Positions 1 through 10,074 of a stretch of 64,000 nucleotides of DNA are shown here, one piece after another. Source of the DNA: Patescibacteria group bacterium (lineage in GTDB: Bacteria > Patescibacteriota > Patescibacteriia > UBA1558 > GWA2-36-10); contig JAHJQF010000001.1 in assembly GCA_018819405.1 (NCBI GenBank), forward strand, positions 34,097 to 98,096, written 5' to 3'. The notes below the pieces were generated by a model. The model was not told where the DNA came from, did not search any database, and worked only from the letters and a program-made list of their open reading frames with translations. Within the stretch, counting starts at the first letter, position 1. The number at the start of each line of letters is the position of its first letter. A program made the translations under genes and the position numbers.

Positions 1-792
1 CAATTATTAAAACAATTCAAAGAATTGGGTTTGTATCCACCTGATGGTTTCGATCCAATAAAGCATACTTACTATGAACCATTTGTAGGTGGTGGGGCAG
101 TATTTTTGGATTTGTTACCAAAAAAAGCTGTGCTATCAGATTTAAATATTGAGCTTATAACTACTTATAAAGTCATTAAGAATGACGTGACTAAATTGAT
201 AAAACTTTTAAAATCTTATAAATACGATAAAGATTTTTATACCAAAGTAAGGAGTAAAAATATTAAAGATTTATCAGATATTCAAATAGCGGCTAGATTT
301 ATTTATCTTAATCGTACCTGTTTCAATGGACTTTATAGAGTAAATAGAAAAGGAGAATTTAATGTACCCATGGGAGAATATACCAACCCCCTAATTTGTG
401 ATGAGGAAAATCTAAATAAAATTTCCAAAGCTCTCAAAAATGTAAAAATATACAACGAAGATTATAAAAAAGTTTTAAAGCGTGCCAAAAAAGGTGACTT
501 TATTTATTTTGATCCGCCATATTATCCAGTAAATAAGACTTCAAATTTTACCAACTATACTACTCAAGATTTTTTGGAAAAAGAACAAGCAGAGCTCAGA
601 AATACTTTTTTTGAGCTACATAAACGAGGTTGTTTTGTAATGTTATCAAATTCTGATACCCCATTTATAAACAAACTTTATTCAAATTTAGATAAAAAGA
701 TAAAAGTAAATAAAGTGTTAGCTGGTAGAAATGTAAATTCTGATGCTAAAAAAAGAGGCAAGATAAAAGAAGTTTTGGTTATTAATTATTAG
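1..792 (+). CDS. Dam/DpnM-family DNA adenine methyltransferase (5' partial)
   Basis: YYEPFVGGGAV (motif I), YLNRTCFNGLYRVN and DFIYFDPPY (motif IV). The frame is open back to base 1 (QLLKQFKELG...), so the true start lies outside the window. Confidence 0.93.
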   Translation, partial: QLLKQFKELGLYPPDGFDPIKHTYYEPFVGGGAVFLDLLPKKAVLSDLNIELITTYKVIKNDVTKLIKLLKSYKYDKDFYTKVRSKNIKDLSDIQIAARFIYLNRTCFNGLYRVNRKGEFNVPMGEYTNPLICDEENLNKISKALKNVKIYNEDYKKVLKRAKKGDFIYFDPPYYPVNKTSNFTNYTTQDFLEKEQAELRNTFFELHKRGCFVMLSNSDTPFINKLYSNLDKKIKVNKVLAGRNVNSDAKKRGKIKEVLVINY

Positions 793-796
793 TTTT

Positions 797-2425
797 ATGG
801 ATTTTTTTGCTAAAAGTTATAAATTATCAGCTATTTTACAAAAAAGAGAATTTATAATACCAGAATTTCAGAGAGAATATACGTGGGGAAAAGATCAGTT
901 AGATGAATTTTGGGATGATATAAATTCTGCCGAAGGTGATTATTTTTTAGGAACAATTGTGTTATCTGGCAAAGACTTTGATAGTATGGGACCCTTTAGA
1001 ATCATAGATGGACAACAAAGGTTGACCACAATATTAATTTTAATTAATAGATTAATATTTAGATTTGAAAATATAAAAGAAGGTAATGAATTAGCAGAGG
1101 CTCTGAAGAGTAGAATATTTTTTAAGGATGATAACGCAAAAGATCATATAATATTGCAAAATCAAAATGCTCATAAATATTTTCAAGACATTGTTTTGTA
1201 TAATAATGTAAATAATGATAGCAACGTAGAGGCTAAAAAATTAAATGAAGCAAAAGAATATTTTAGTAGTAAATTAAAATCTTTTGATATAGTTAAATTG
1301 AAAGATATCAGAAATATTTTATTAAATCTCGATTTTATAGTTGTCCTTCAGGATGATGATCAAAGTGCTATAAATATTTTCGTAACTCTGAATTTTAGAG
1401 GTGTTAATTTAGATATTTTAGATCTAGTCAAGAGTTTTATTGTTACAAAATTTAAAAAACAAGAAGGGATAGATGATCCTAGGGTTACATGGAAAAATAT
1501 TTTAGAAAATATAAAAATAAATAGAAAAAATTTTTTTAATAGATATTGGGCATCATATTATGAAAAAATTAGTGAGCCTAAATTATATAAAAATTTTAAC
1601 AACAAGAAAGACTCTATAGGAGCTGAAAATCTTTTAAAAAGTCTTTTAAAATTTTCAGAAGTATATAGAGATGCTTTGGATTCTGAGTCAACAGATTGGG
1701 GATTATATTGTCCTTATGATAAAAAATTAGGCACTAAAATTAGAGGAATGATTTATTCATTGGATAAATTTAATATAAAAGTACATTATTCATTTCTTAT
1801 CACTTTGCTTGAATTATCAAAAAATAAAAAAATACATCAAAATAAAATTATCAAAATGATTAGTATCATTGAAAAATTTCATTTTTTATTTAATGCTGTT
1901 TGTTCATATAGACCATCTGGCTTGGACACTTTATATTCTAAATACGCAGTACAGCTTAGACTTGAGGGGGAAGATAGTGATTCAATTTTTTCAAGTTTAA
2001 CAGAAGAATTAGTTAAAAGAATCCCCGAAAAAGAGGAGTTTATCTCATTATTTAAAGAATTAAGTTATACGAAAGATAAGGGTTTAATTTTGTATATTTT
2101 TAGATTATTAGAGAAAAAATATTCGCCAGGAAAGGATGTTGATATATCAGAAGAATCGTTAGATCATTTATCCCCTCAAGCCAGTAATGAAGTTTGGACT
2201 CATAATATTGGCAATTTAATTTTATTGGAAAAAGAGCTTAACAAAAAAAGAGACAACAAAGATTTATCATCTTCATATAAAATAATGGAAAAAACATCAT
2301 TTGAATCCACATCAAATTTTTTAAAAGTTAAACTTTCTAAATGGGATGAAGAAGCTTGTAAGCAAAGAGCGATAATTTTGGCGGAGGAAATATATAATTA
2401 CACTATTAATAGTTTAAAAATATGA
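797..2425 (+). CDS. DUF262 + DUF1524 (GmrSD/SspE-like) ParB-fold NTPase-HNH nuclease
   Basis: IPEFQREYTW and IIDGQQRLTT in the N-terminal domain; LDHLSPQ...NIGNLILL...LN HNH-type motif at the C-terminus. Confidence 0.88.
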   Translation: MDFFAKSYKLSAILQKREFIIPEFQREYTWGKDQLDEFWDDINSAEGDYFLGTIVLSGKDFDSMGPFRIIDGQQRLTTILILINRLIFRFENIKEGNELAEALKSRIFFKDDNAKDHIILQNQNAHKYFQDIVLYNNVNNDSNVEAKKLNEAKEYFSSKLKSFDIVKLKDIRNILLNLDFIVVLQDDDQSAINIFVTLNFRGVNLDILDLVKSFIVTKFKKQEGIDDPRVTWKNILENIKINRKNFFNRYWASYYEKISEPKLYKNFNNKKDSIGAENLLKSLLKFSEVYRDALDSESTDWGLYCPYDKKLGTKIRGMIYSLDKFNIKVHYSFLITLLELSKNKKIHQNKIIKMISIIEKFHFLFNAVCSYRPSGLDTLYSKYAVQLRLEGEDSDSIFSSLTEELVKRIPEKEEFISLFKELSYTKDKGLILYIFRLLEKKYSPGKDVDISEESLDHLSPQASNEVWTHNIGNLILLEKELNKKRDNKDLSSSYKIMEKTSFESTSNFLKVKLSKWDEEACKQRAIILAEEIYNYTINSLKI

Positions 2426-2958
2426 AAAAAGACGGAACAGGTGGCTCTAACACACAAACAGGAATTAATTTTGAAAATAAAATAGATTTATTAGTTTTTT
2501 TAGATAAAAATGTTAAAGGGTATTCTGTAAAAAAAGTAGGCATAGGCTCAGAAATTTATTATGAAAATAAATTAGTTGCAAATTCTTTTAAGAAACACGA
2601 GCTTTATAAGTTCCTTAGTTCTAAGGGAATTGATTACAAAAAATATTTATCAAAAAAATTGTTGCCAGATGATGCTATCTACGTAATTAAAGAAAATACC
2701 CTTTTTATTATAGAAGTTAAATATCAGCAAGTTGGTGGCTCGGTAGATGAAAAATTACAGACTTGTGATTTTAAATTGAAGCAATATAAAAAACTTTTTT
2801 CAGAATTAAATTATGAAGTGGAATATATTTATATTATTAGTGATTGGTTTAAGAGCGATGGTTATAAAGATACTTTAGAATATATTATAGAAGTTGGTTG
2901 TAAATATTATTTTGAATATTTACCACTACATAAAATAGGCCTGCCTGTGCCAAAATAA
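2422..2958 (+). CDS. PD-(D/E)XK restriction endonuclease-like protein
   Basis: LLPDDA...IIEVKYQQVGGSVDEKLQTCDFK; ATGA overlap with the previous gene; lies between two methyltransferases. Confidence 0.75.
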   Translation: MKKDGTGGSNTQTGINFENKIDLLVFLDKNVKGYSVKKVGIGSEIYYENKLVANSFKKHELYKFLSSKGIDYKKYLSKKLLPDDAIYVIKENTLFIIEVKYQQVGGSVDEKLQTCDFKLKQYKKLFSELNYEVEYIYIISDWFKSDGYKDTLEYIIEVGCKYYFEYLPLHKIGLPVPK

Positions 2959-2962
2959 AAAT

Positions 2963-3712
2963 ATGAAGAAAAGCGAAGTTAATTTACACCCAGAAAATTT
3001 TGATTTAGAGTGTACTACGGTTTGGTCATTTCCCAGACGTGGTAAATGGGCTACGCATAAATCAGATTGGCGTGGAAATTGGGCACCAGAAGTAGTGCGC
3101 AATCTTATTTTACGTTATTCAAAAGAAGGCGATCATTTGCTTGATTGTATGATTGGCGGGGGAACAACTGCCATTGAAGCCAAAATTTTAAATAGAAATA
3201 TAACCTGCGTAGACGTAAACGAAGAAGCTCTGGAAATAACCAAAAAAGTTTTAAAATTTGAAGTTGACAATCAAGCAACACAAAGGATAAAGAAGTGTGA
3301 TGCTAGGCAAATGAGTTTTATAAAAGATGAAGAGATTGATTTTGTGCTTACTCACCCACCATATGCAGATATTATAAAATACAGTGATGGAAAAATAAAA
3401 GAAGATTTATCAAATATTCATGACATTGATGAATTTGTAAAAGAGATGGCTTTTGTAGCTAAAGAAATTTATAGGGTTTTAAAACCAGGTAAATATTGTG
3501 CAATTTTGATTGGTGACACCAGAAGACAAAAGATGTATCAGGTGATTTCTTATAAGGTAATGGATGAATTTATAAAATTAGGATTTAAACTAAAAGAGGA
3601 TATTATAAAACAACAGCATAATTGTAAGGCTACTGGTTTTTGGGCTAAAAAATCAAAAGAATATAATTTTTTACTTATAATGCACGAGCATCTATTTATT
3701 TTTCAGAAATAA
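2963..3712 (+). CDS. N4/N6-type DNA methyltransferase (second MTase of the RM locus)
   Basis: LLDCMIGGGTT SAM-binding motif, THPPY catalytic-motif variant, RVLKPGKY. Confidence 0.82.
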   Translation: MKKSEVNLHPENFDLECTTVWSFPRRGKWATHKSDWRGNWAPEVVRNLILRYSKEGDHLLDCMIGGGTTAIEAKILNRNITCVDVNEEALEITKKVLKFEVDNQATQRIKKCDARQMSFIKDEEIDFVLTHPPYADIIKYSDGKIKEDLSNIHDIDEFVKEMAFVAKEIYRVLKPGKYCAILIGDTRRQKMYQVISYKVMDEFIKLGFKLKEDIIKQQHNCKATGFWAKKSKEYNFLLIMHEHLFIFQK

Positions 3713-3727
3713 TTTTTACAAGCTATT

Positions 3728-3756
3728 AAAAAACTGACCCCTAGGGTCAGTTTTTT
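3728..3756. terminator. Bidirectional intrinsic terminator
   Basis: aaaaaactgaccc-cta-gggtcagtttttt between convergent genes. Confidence 0.85.
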
Positions 3757-3766
3757 ATTAATTTAT

Positions 3767-4288
3767 CTATTTCTTTTTAGCAACTGCTTTTTTCTTGGGA
3801 GCTGCTTTTTTCTTGGCCGGAGCTTTTTTGGCTACGACTTTTTTCTTGCTAGTTGCTTTGACTTCTACTACCACCGGTGTCTCATCAGCTTCTACTTCTG
3901 TAGTAGGAGCGTCTGGTACCAATACTTTCATCAATTGGTCTACTTTGTAGTTTAGAGTCTTGATAGCTTTGAGGATTTCTTTTTCTTTGGAATCCTGAGC
4001 TACTTTTGCTCCCCTGTCTTCAAAGCTTGGTCTTCTGTCTCTAGCACCTCTATCACCGCCGCCTTGTTTGCTAAAACAATCACTGCAGTAAATAGGCTTG
4101 TCGCCACGAGGCTTGAATGGCACTTCGCACTCTTTGTGACAGGCATCACAAATTGCTTTGTGCATACTTGGACGGTCAAAACCTCCGCCGCCTCTATTGA
4201 ATCCCCCACCTGAACCACGGCGATCAAAGCCGCCTCTGTCTCTCCTGTCACCTGACCTACCGCCTCTATCCCTGTTAAAATTTCCCAT
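3767..4288 (-). CDS. CxxC-x17-CxxC domain protein with RGG-rich N-terminus and Lys/Ala-rich tail
   Basis: MHKAICDACHKECEVPFKPRGDKPIYCSDCF. Confidence 0.88.
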   Translation of the reverse strand: MGNFNRDRGGRSGDRRDRGGFDRRGSGGGFNRGGGGFDRPSMHKAICDACHKECEVPFKPRGDKPIYCSDCFSKQGGGDRGARDRRPSFEDRGAKVAQDSKEKEILKAIKTLNYKVDQLMKVLVPDAPTTEVEADETPVVVEVKATSKKKVVAKKAPAKKKAAPKKKAVAKKK

Positions 4289-4291
4289 AAT

Positions 4292-4349
4292 TTTAGCCCG
4301 TTAAACATTCGCCCAGCGAATCCTGCCAAGCAAGATTTAACGGGGTGAA
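4292..4349. repeat. Small palindromic (REP/MITE-like) element, CCCGTTAAA...TTTAACGGG family
   Basis: tttagcccgttaaa...tttaacggggtgaa terminal inverted repeats; related copies at 26418, 37434 and 37608. Confidence 0.75.
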
Positions 4350-4419
4350 CTCTAATTAGTTAATATATAGTTCCATTCTAGCTGTTTGGCCAATAAAAAG
4401 CAATGGCCGACCTATATTT

Positions 4420-6174
4420 CTAGTCCGCTACTAATTGTAACTGACCATTTACTGACTTGATATGATAAAGCTCGTAGTCTATCTGATTGTCTTGCCAAGT
4501 GACAGCGACGGCCAATTCTTTTTGAGTATCCTCAGAAAAATATTGATCAAAGACAAAATTTCCCAGGGAATAAAAAATAGGTCTGTCTTTGTATATTTCC
4601 ACGCCTTGGACTACATGAGGATGATGCCCAATTATGACATCAGAGCCTACATCAATCAATTGATGAGCCATTTTTTGTTGGCTACTATTGTAATCAAGCT
4701 GATATTCCTCGCCCCAGTGAACATTGACCACTACCAGCTCTGCCTGCTCTTTGAGTGCTTTGATTAGCTCGCTAGCTTTGGTCATATCTATTTTGGAGCC
4801 AACTGTACTCAAACCAATCATAGCAACACTGCGTCCCTCTACTGACAAAACAGTAGCTGAACAGTCCGCCACTTGACCATCTTGGCAACCAGAAAAATCA
4901 AAATCCAACTGGCTGAGATTGTTTCTGGTTTCTTCTAGGCCTTTTTGACCCTGATCAGCCAAATGATTATTAGCCAGATTAAAAAAAGTAAAATATTTGT
5001 CTAGCTGGGAAACTATATTGGGCGCAAAAGCAAAATCATAATTTTTGATAGGGTCATAATGAGCGCCACTACTGGTAACTGCGCCTTCTAGATTGGCACT
5101 TACTAAATCATAGCCCACAAAAAAATCATCAGCTACCAAATTGCCAAAAATATAGTCCAAGCCTTTTTGGTCAATCAAGGTTTTGACATACCTATCTAGC
5201 ATCAGGTCACCTGTAAAAAGCATTTTGATAGGTCGTTGGCTGATAATTTTATTGCTACTAAAAAATCCCGTCACATAGCTGGTCGTACTGTCCAAATCTG
5301 GCTTGTCTGCTAATATAGCGGAATTGGAATTGTCCAAAAGATTAAAACTCTTGCCTGACAACTGAGCAAACTTTAAAATAGTATAAATAGAAGCTGGTGA
5401 ATCAACTGCTATATTGTAGATATTATCAAAGTCAAAATTATTTATGGTGGCAATAGACAGCTTGTCGTCTTTTTGAGCCTCTTGACTAGTCTGGTAATGA
5501 GAAAAATCTACACTAGCTAAAACTAATATTTTTTTGTCTTGGCTCAAATCATACAAAGACTGCGCCAATTGACTGGCTGATTGAGCATCCACAGTAGGCT
5601 TTAAGATAATAGGCAAAAACTTGGCCTTAGGAAATGTCTTTTTGATAAAAGAAACTTCACTAAAAATGGCGTGTTCATTTCTGATTGCCTCTTCATCAAT
5701 TGCTATGTCATTTGACTGAGTCAATCTCTTGGCTGTCTGACTATCATAGGCCAACACTCCGTATGGCGTCTGCCAGTCATAGGCTGAACTTATCATATCG
5801 CTATTTCCAGCCAAAAAATGATTGGGTCCAATAAGAATGACAGTATCAAAGTCCTGACCTTCCAAATTGTAAAAAAAGTTGGCTATCAAATCAGCGGCCA
5901 AAAGATGATGAGGAATAATACCAGCCACTACGGCCTCTGTGCTAGCTGGCTGTTTTATTTTGACAAATTTGTAAGCAATCTCAAAAAAATCTTTGTCTCT
6001 AGGAAAAGAATATTGGAATTCTTTGTCTAGCAACTCGTCGCTGTTTTGATTTTGTAGTTGAGCCAGTACCAAATCATTGCTTTTGAAATAAGCAAAAACA
6101 GAAGTTAATAAGCCTATCAATGATAGGCTTATTAAAACTAAAGAAAATATTAATCTGAGACTTGCTTTTTGCAT
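4420..6174 (-). CDS. Membrane-anchored fusion of AmmeMemoRadiSam protein B (MEMO-like) and CapA/PGA_cap metallophosphatase domains
   Basis: GIIPHH, IGPNH, EHAI and ASVDFSHY (MEMO); FTGDLMLDR, NLEG, LANNH, VHWG, IGHHPHV and YSLGNFVFDQ (CapA). Confidence 0.88.
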   Translation of the reverse strand: MQKASLRLIFSLVLISLSLIGLLTSVFAYFKSNDLVLAQLQNQNSDELLDKEFQYSFPRDKDFFEIAYKFVKIKQPASTEAVVAGIIPHHLLAADLIANFFYNLEGQDFDTVILIGPNHFLAGNSDMISSAYDWQTPYGVLAYDSQTAKRLTQSNDIAIDEEAIRNEHAIFSEVSFIKKTFPKAKFLPIILKPTVDAQSASQLAQSLYDLSQDKKILVLASVDFSHYQTSQEAQKDDKLSIATINNFDFDNIYNIAVDSPASIYTILKFAQLSGKSFNLLDNSNSAILADKPDLDSTTSYVTGFFSSNKIISQRPIKMLFTGDLMLDRYVKTLIDQKGLDYIFGNLVADDFFVGYDLVSANLEGAVTSSGAHYDPIKNYDFAFAPNIVSQLDKYFTFFNLANNHLADQGQKGLEETRNNLSQLDFDFSGCQDGQVADCSATVLSVEGRSVAMIGLSTVGSKIDMTKASELIKALKEQAELVVVNVHWGEEYQLDYNSSQQKMAHQLIDVGSDVIIGHHPHVVQGVEIYKDRPIFYSLGNFVFDQYFSEDTQKELAVAVTWQDNQIDYELYHIKSVNGQLQLVAD

Positions 6175-8658
6175 TTATTTTATAAGCTCGCTGGACCACT
6201 TGTCCTGTTGTGGCATAGTGCCATTTGATTTGTAGGCTATGTCTTGCCAGTCTTCATCGGACAAGCGCTCATCAAGTGTATCAGCAAATTCATAATGACT
6301 ATAGACTACTCCTCTAGTCAATCTAGTGCCATTTGTATCACTGACTGCCACATAGACAATATATGGTTTGCCGGTTGCTTGATATAGAATCTGCTCATTG
6401 ACAGCATCAGTATGTATATCAGCTATTATGCCGGCTCTTTTTTCTTTGTCGGTCAATTCTCCACCTGGCAAAGGCTCAACAATTCTAGACAAGCTAGTAC
6501 TGATAGTGCGCAGTTTTTCAAAATCATCATCGCTGATAGTTTGATTGCTCAATTCTTTTTCGGCCAGCTGTCTGAAGAAAATGGCACTGTCTATAAAGCT
6601 CTGATATTTATACTCATACTCTTCTGGAAATACCTCTCTATCTTTGAGACCATTCATAGTGACTGTAGCCAAATCTACAATTTTGTTCCAAAATTCCAGA
6701 TCAGCTTCTACATAACCTTTGACCACTTCTGGCACATCCTTTGGCACGTCACCTCCACCACCGAGCTCGGCATAGGACTGTTTGGCATAAAGCAAAGTAT
6801 CGTGCTTGAGCTCAGTATAAGAGCCTAGTGTTGTACCTATATTTTTCTTTTGCCAGCTACCCGTCTGCATAAAATATGGATAGCCTTCACCATAAGCACC
6901 AAGCAAGCTAGAAAAAATATCCAACCAACGCCAATAAATATTTTTTCTCCACATATCCTGATCATAAGCGGCAAATTCCATATCCAATCTACCAAGTACT
7001 TTGGCTATTATTTTGTCAGATTCTCTATTCTGCTCTTTGATGCGCACCGGATCATTTATCCAATCATTGAGATAGCTACTAACTACTTGATTGTCTGGAG
7101 CCAAGACTCTAAGAGGCATCAAAGTTGTCGGCATAGTCGGCAACATTTGGCCGGTCTCTGGATCAGGAACACCAACCCCTTGGGTCAAATTATTGATAAT
7201 ATAGGCATCAGGAGTAAAACGCTGACCCATAAAACGAAATTGTTTCAGATTGTTTAGCATTTCTTCTCTTTGACCGCCGTCATCATTGACATCCAATACT
7301 TCTGAAACTATGCGTGGGGCAGGCAAATCTTTTTTGGCTTGAGTGATAAACTCTGCCAACTTGGCCTGATCAAATAACTGAGCAGTAGATACATTTGCTC
7401 CATAGACTTTTTTGATTTCATCAGTATATTGATAAGCCGTCAAATCATCTACATCCCCGACAAAAAAATCAATCACATCGGACATGTCTGACCACATCTT
7501 AGCCAGACTTTGATCACTTACTTTGAGATTGTTTATTTGTCCAGTGATAAGTATGGCATCTCTGGTCAAAGGCTCGCTCATCAAAGGAAAGCCCATACGA
7601 CCATACCACATCATGGCTATGAAATAGCTTTTTAATACATCATTTTTGGTATAGTGTGAGCGCGGCTTAAATTGGGAATAGTCATTGGTAAATTCTGGTC
7701 TAAGCGGACTAAACAATGGCGAGGGAGCTAGACCTTTGGCATTTTGAATTAAGATTAATTCCTGATTAGCCAAGTCATATATTTCATTGTCCAAATTCTG
7801 ACCGGCATACTGCCTACTATTTAGCGAAAAGGCCAAATCCTGCTCACTATTGGCTACTTGCTGATTATCTACTGCTTCTAGATATTGGGTAAAGGTCTCA
7901 AAGTCTTCTGGTTTCAACTGGGCTGAAAAAGAGCTACTACCAGCATCCAAGACTACTAGTGGTATCAAATAATAAACTGACAACCTTTTGTAAGAATCTT
8001 TCAATTCCGGATTTGTCTCCTGATTGTAATGGCTAATTGAATCAATAAATAAAGCCTTGGTCATAGCTTGCAAACTTGGTTGAAATTTGTTTTGCTCTAT
8101 ACTCTGAAAACTTCTATCAATCAATATATGATATAAGTGAAGAGCTAGGTCACTGGAAATAAAAATAGCATCATCTGGCTCACGCAAATACATATTACTA
8201 CTACCATCAAACTTGTCATACATATCTACAAAATCATTCAGTGCTGGAGTCTGACCAACAATGTCATTTACGGCCAAGAAAAAACCATCATTTTCTAAAG
8301 CTGCTTTTTGGCTGTCAGAAAAGCTAACGCCTTGAAAGTCTCCTCCATTTTGCAACTGAGCAAAACTAATTTTGCTAAAAGGTATCATAGCTTTGACTAG
8401 AGCATTACTATAAGTGTCTTGGGCAAAGGCTGTCTTAATCAAACCAAAGCTCCATACTTTATTTTCCATCTGGTTGATATTTTGGTTGGTATTGACCGGC
8501 TGGTCTGGCACTTGAATTTTACTAAAAACAAAATACCAGATAGCTACTATAGCCAAAAGCAACAACACCACGCCAAAAATCAAATAAACACTAATAGATC
8601 TTTTGATTTCTGGCTTAGGATTTTTAGGTGTCGGATTGCTATTTTGTTGAGAATCCAT
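6175..8658 (-). CDS. DUF3160 domain membrane-anchored protein
   Basis: DYSQFKPRSHYT, YFIAMMWYGR, FRFMGQRFTPD, SYTELKHDTLLYAKQSYAE, IADIHTD; N-terminal TM helix. Confidence 0.88.
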   Translation of the reverse strand: MDSQQNSNPTPKNPKPEIKRSISVYLIFGVVLLLLAIVAIWYFVFSKIQVPDQPVNTNQNINQMENKVWSFGLIKTAFAQDTYSNALVKAMIPFSKISFAQLQNGGDFQGVSFSDSQKAALENDGFFLAVNDIVGQTPALNDFVDMYDKFDGSSNMYLREPDDAIFISSDLALHLYHILIDRSFQSIEQNKFQPSLQAMTKALFIDSISHYNQETNPELKDSYKRLSVYYLIPLVVLDAGSSSFSAQLKPEDFETFTQYLEAVDNQQVANSEQDLAFSLNSRQYAGQNLDNEIYDLANQELILIQNAKGLAPSPLFSPLRPEFTNDYSQFKPRSHYTKNDVLKSYFIAMMWYGRMGFPLMSEPLTRDAILITGQINNLKVSDQSLAKMWSDMSDVIDFFVGDVDDLTAYQYTDEIKKVYGANVSTAQLFDQAKLAEFITQAKKDLPAPRIVSEVLDVNDDGGQREEMLNNLKQFRFMGQRFTPDAYIINNLTQGVGVPDPETGQMLPTMPTTLMPLRVLAPDNQVVSSYLNDWINDPVRIKEQNRESDKIIAKVLGRLDMEFAAYDQDMWRKNIYWRWLDIFSSLLGAYGEGYPYFMQTGSWQKKNIGTTLGSYTELKHDTLLYAKQSYAELGGGGDVPKDVPEVVKGYVEADLEFWNKIVDLATVTMNGLKDREVFPEEYEYKYQSFIDSAIFFRQLAEKELSNQTISDDDFEKLRTISTSLSRIVEPLPGGELTDKEKRAGIIADIHTDAVNEQILYQATGKPYIVYVAVSDTNGTRLTRGVVYSHYEFADTLDERLSDEDWQDIAYKSNGTMPQQDKWSSELIK

Positions 8659-8764
8659 AATTTTTAATTAATTATTTTATTTGACTATATTATAGCAAAA
8701 AAACAGCTTAAAAGCGAGTAGTCAGTTATTATAAATAACATAAAAATATGCTATAATTTTAGTA

Positions 8765-9529
8765 ATGACTATCAAAAAAACATCTGCCATTTTTGGCTTC
8801 ATACTAATTCTAGTATTAGTTTTTTATCTCCGTGTCTACATAAAAGATTTATTTTTTGAATTAAAAAAAATCACACTACCTGATGAAATAACCTATAATT
8901 CAATTGATAATCTAAGTGGCTCAGCTGGCATCAATCTAGCAGTGCCTTTTTCTTCTCAGGCGCCATATGGAGATTGGGATTTACCATATCTGGAAGCTTG
9001 CGAGGAAACCTCTGCTCTTTTGGTGGATTATTTTTATAGAAACGAAAAACTCAGCCCAAAAATAGTCAAAAGGGAAATATTACAAATGGTGGATTGGGAA
9101 AATAAAAGATTTGGCTACCACGAAGACACCACCGCCCAAGAAACAGCTACACTATTAAAAGAGTATTTTGGCTACCAGCGGGTAGATGTTATTTATGATT
9201 TTTCTTTTGAAGATATAAAAGAACAAATTTTATCCGGCCGACCAGTCATCGTGCCAGTAGCTGGCCGCTTGCTCAACAACCAGTTTTATAAACAACCCGG
9301 CCCAATCTATCACACCGTGGTGGTCAAAGGTCTGACAAAAGATGGAAATTTTATTACCAATGATGTCGGCACTAAAAGAGGCCACAATTATGTCTATGAT
9401 GCCACTCTTTTTTACGATGCTATCCATGATGGTCCTATAGATGTAAATGAATTTAGTAGCGCTGCACTGGAAAAGGAAATACTAACAAGCAGAAAAGCAA
9501 TGATAGTAGTTTACCCTAATGAAAAATAA
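8765..9529 (+). CDS. C39-like (papain-fold) peptidase, membrane anchored
   Basis: VPFSSQAP...EACEE (catalytic Cys), YHTVVVKG and ITNDVGT. Confidence 0.8.
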   Translation: MTIKKTSAIFGFILILVLVFYLRVYIKDLFFELKKITLPDEITYNSIDNLSGSAGINLAVPFSSQAPYGDWDLPYLEACEETSALLVDYFYRNEKLSPKIVKREILQMVDWENKRFGYHEDTTAQETATLLKEYFGYQRVDVIYDFSFEDIKEQILSGRPVIVPVAGRLLNNQFYKQPGPIYHTVVVKGLTKDGNFITNDVGTKRGHNYVYDATLFYDAIHDGPIDVNEFSSAALEKEILTSRKAMIVVYPNEK

Positions 9530-9578
9530 TATAAACAAAAAACACCAATGAAAATTGATATTTTTTGTTTGGCATATT

Positions 9579-9752
9579 TTATTTTTTATTTTTTGCCTTT
9601 ACTATACCTATGATAGCGATAGTGACCAATACAAATCCTATCAATTGCGCTCCCGGACTATCATCGTATCCTCCAAATACAAACATAAATATACCCATAG
9701 GTATTAGCAGAATAAACAATACTATTTTAATAGTGTATTTTTCTTTATTCAT
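9579..9752 (-). CDS. 57-aa two-TM membrane protein (not in the ORF track)
   Basis: Manual translation MNKEKYTIKIVLFILLIPMGIFMFVFGGYDDSPGAQLIGFVLVTIAIIGIVKAKNKK*; TGn-TATACT box 6 nt upstream of the ATG. Confidence 0.7.
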   Translation of the reverse strand: MNKEKYTIKIVLFILLIPMGIFMFVFGGYDDSPGAQLIGFVLVTIAIIGIVKAKNKK

Positions 9753-9849
9753 ATAAAAAGTATAACATAATTATTTATAATAAAAAACCTAATAATTGTG
9801 TATTTTTTTACTAGATGATAAAATATAATCTGAATTATTAATTTTTATT

Positions 9850-10068
9850 ATGGCAAAACACAAATTGACCTTGAGTTATTTGACCAACAATCTTCTTATT
9901 GTTGTAGGACTAGTCCTTATTTGGCGTGGAATTTGGTATGTCTTAGATGGAATAGATAAGGCATTTTTTGGAGACAACCATTTTTGGACATCTCTAGGCG
10001 GTATTATTTTGGGATTAGCAGTCCTATATTTACCAGATAAGGATTTAAAAGAAATCTCAAAACTTTAA
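9850..10068 (+). CDS. Small two-TM membrane protein
   Basis: Hydrophobic 72 aa with WRGIW motif; 6 nt upstream of the antiporter gene. Confidence 0.7.
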   Translation: MAKHKLTLSYLTNNLLIVVGLVLIWRGIWYVLDGIDKAFFGDNHFWTSLGGIILGLAVLYLPDKDLKEISKL

Positions 10069-10074
10069 AACATT

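Noticed and set aside
9565-9756. 63-aa plus-strand ORF
   Set aside because: Antisense shadow of the better-supported minus-strand gene at 9579-9752.
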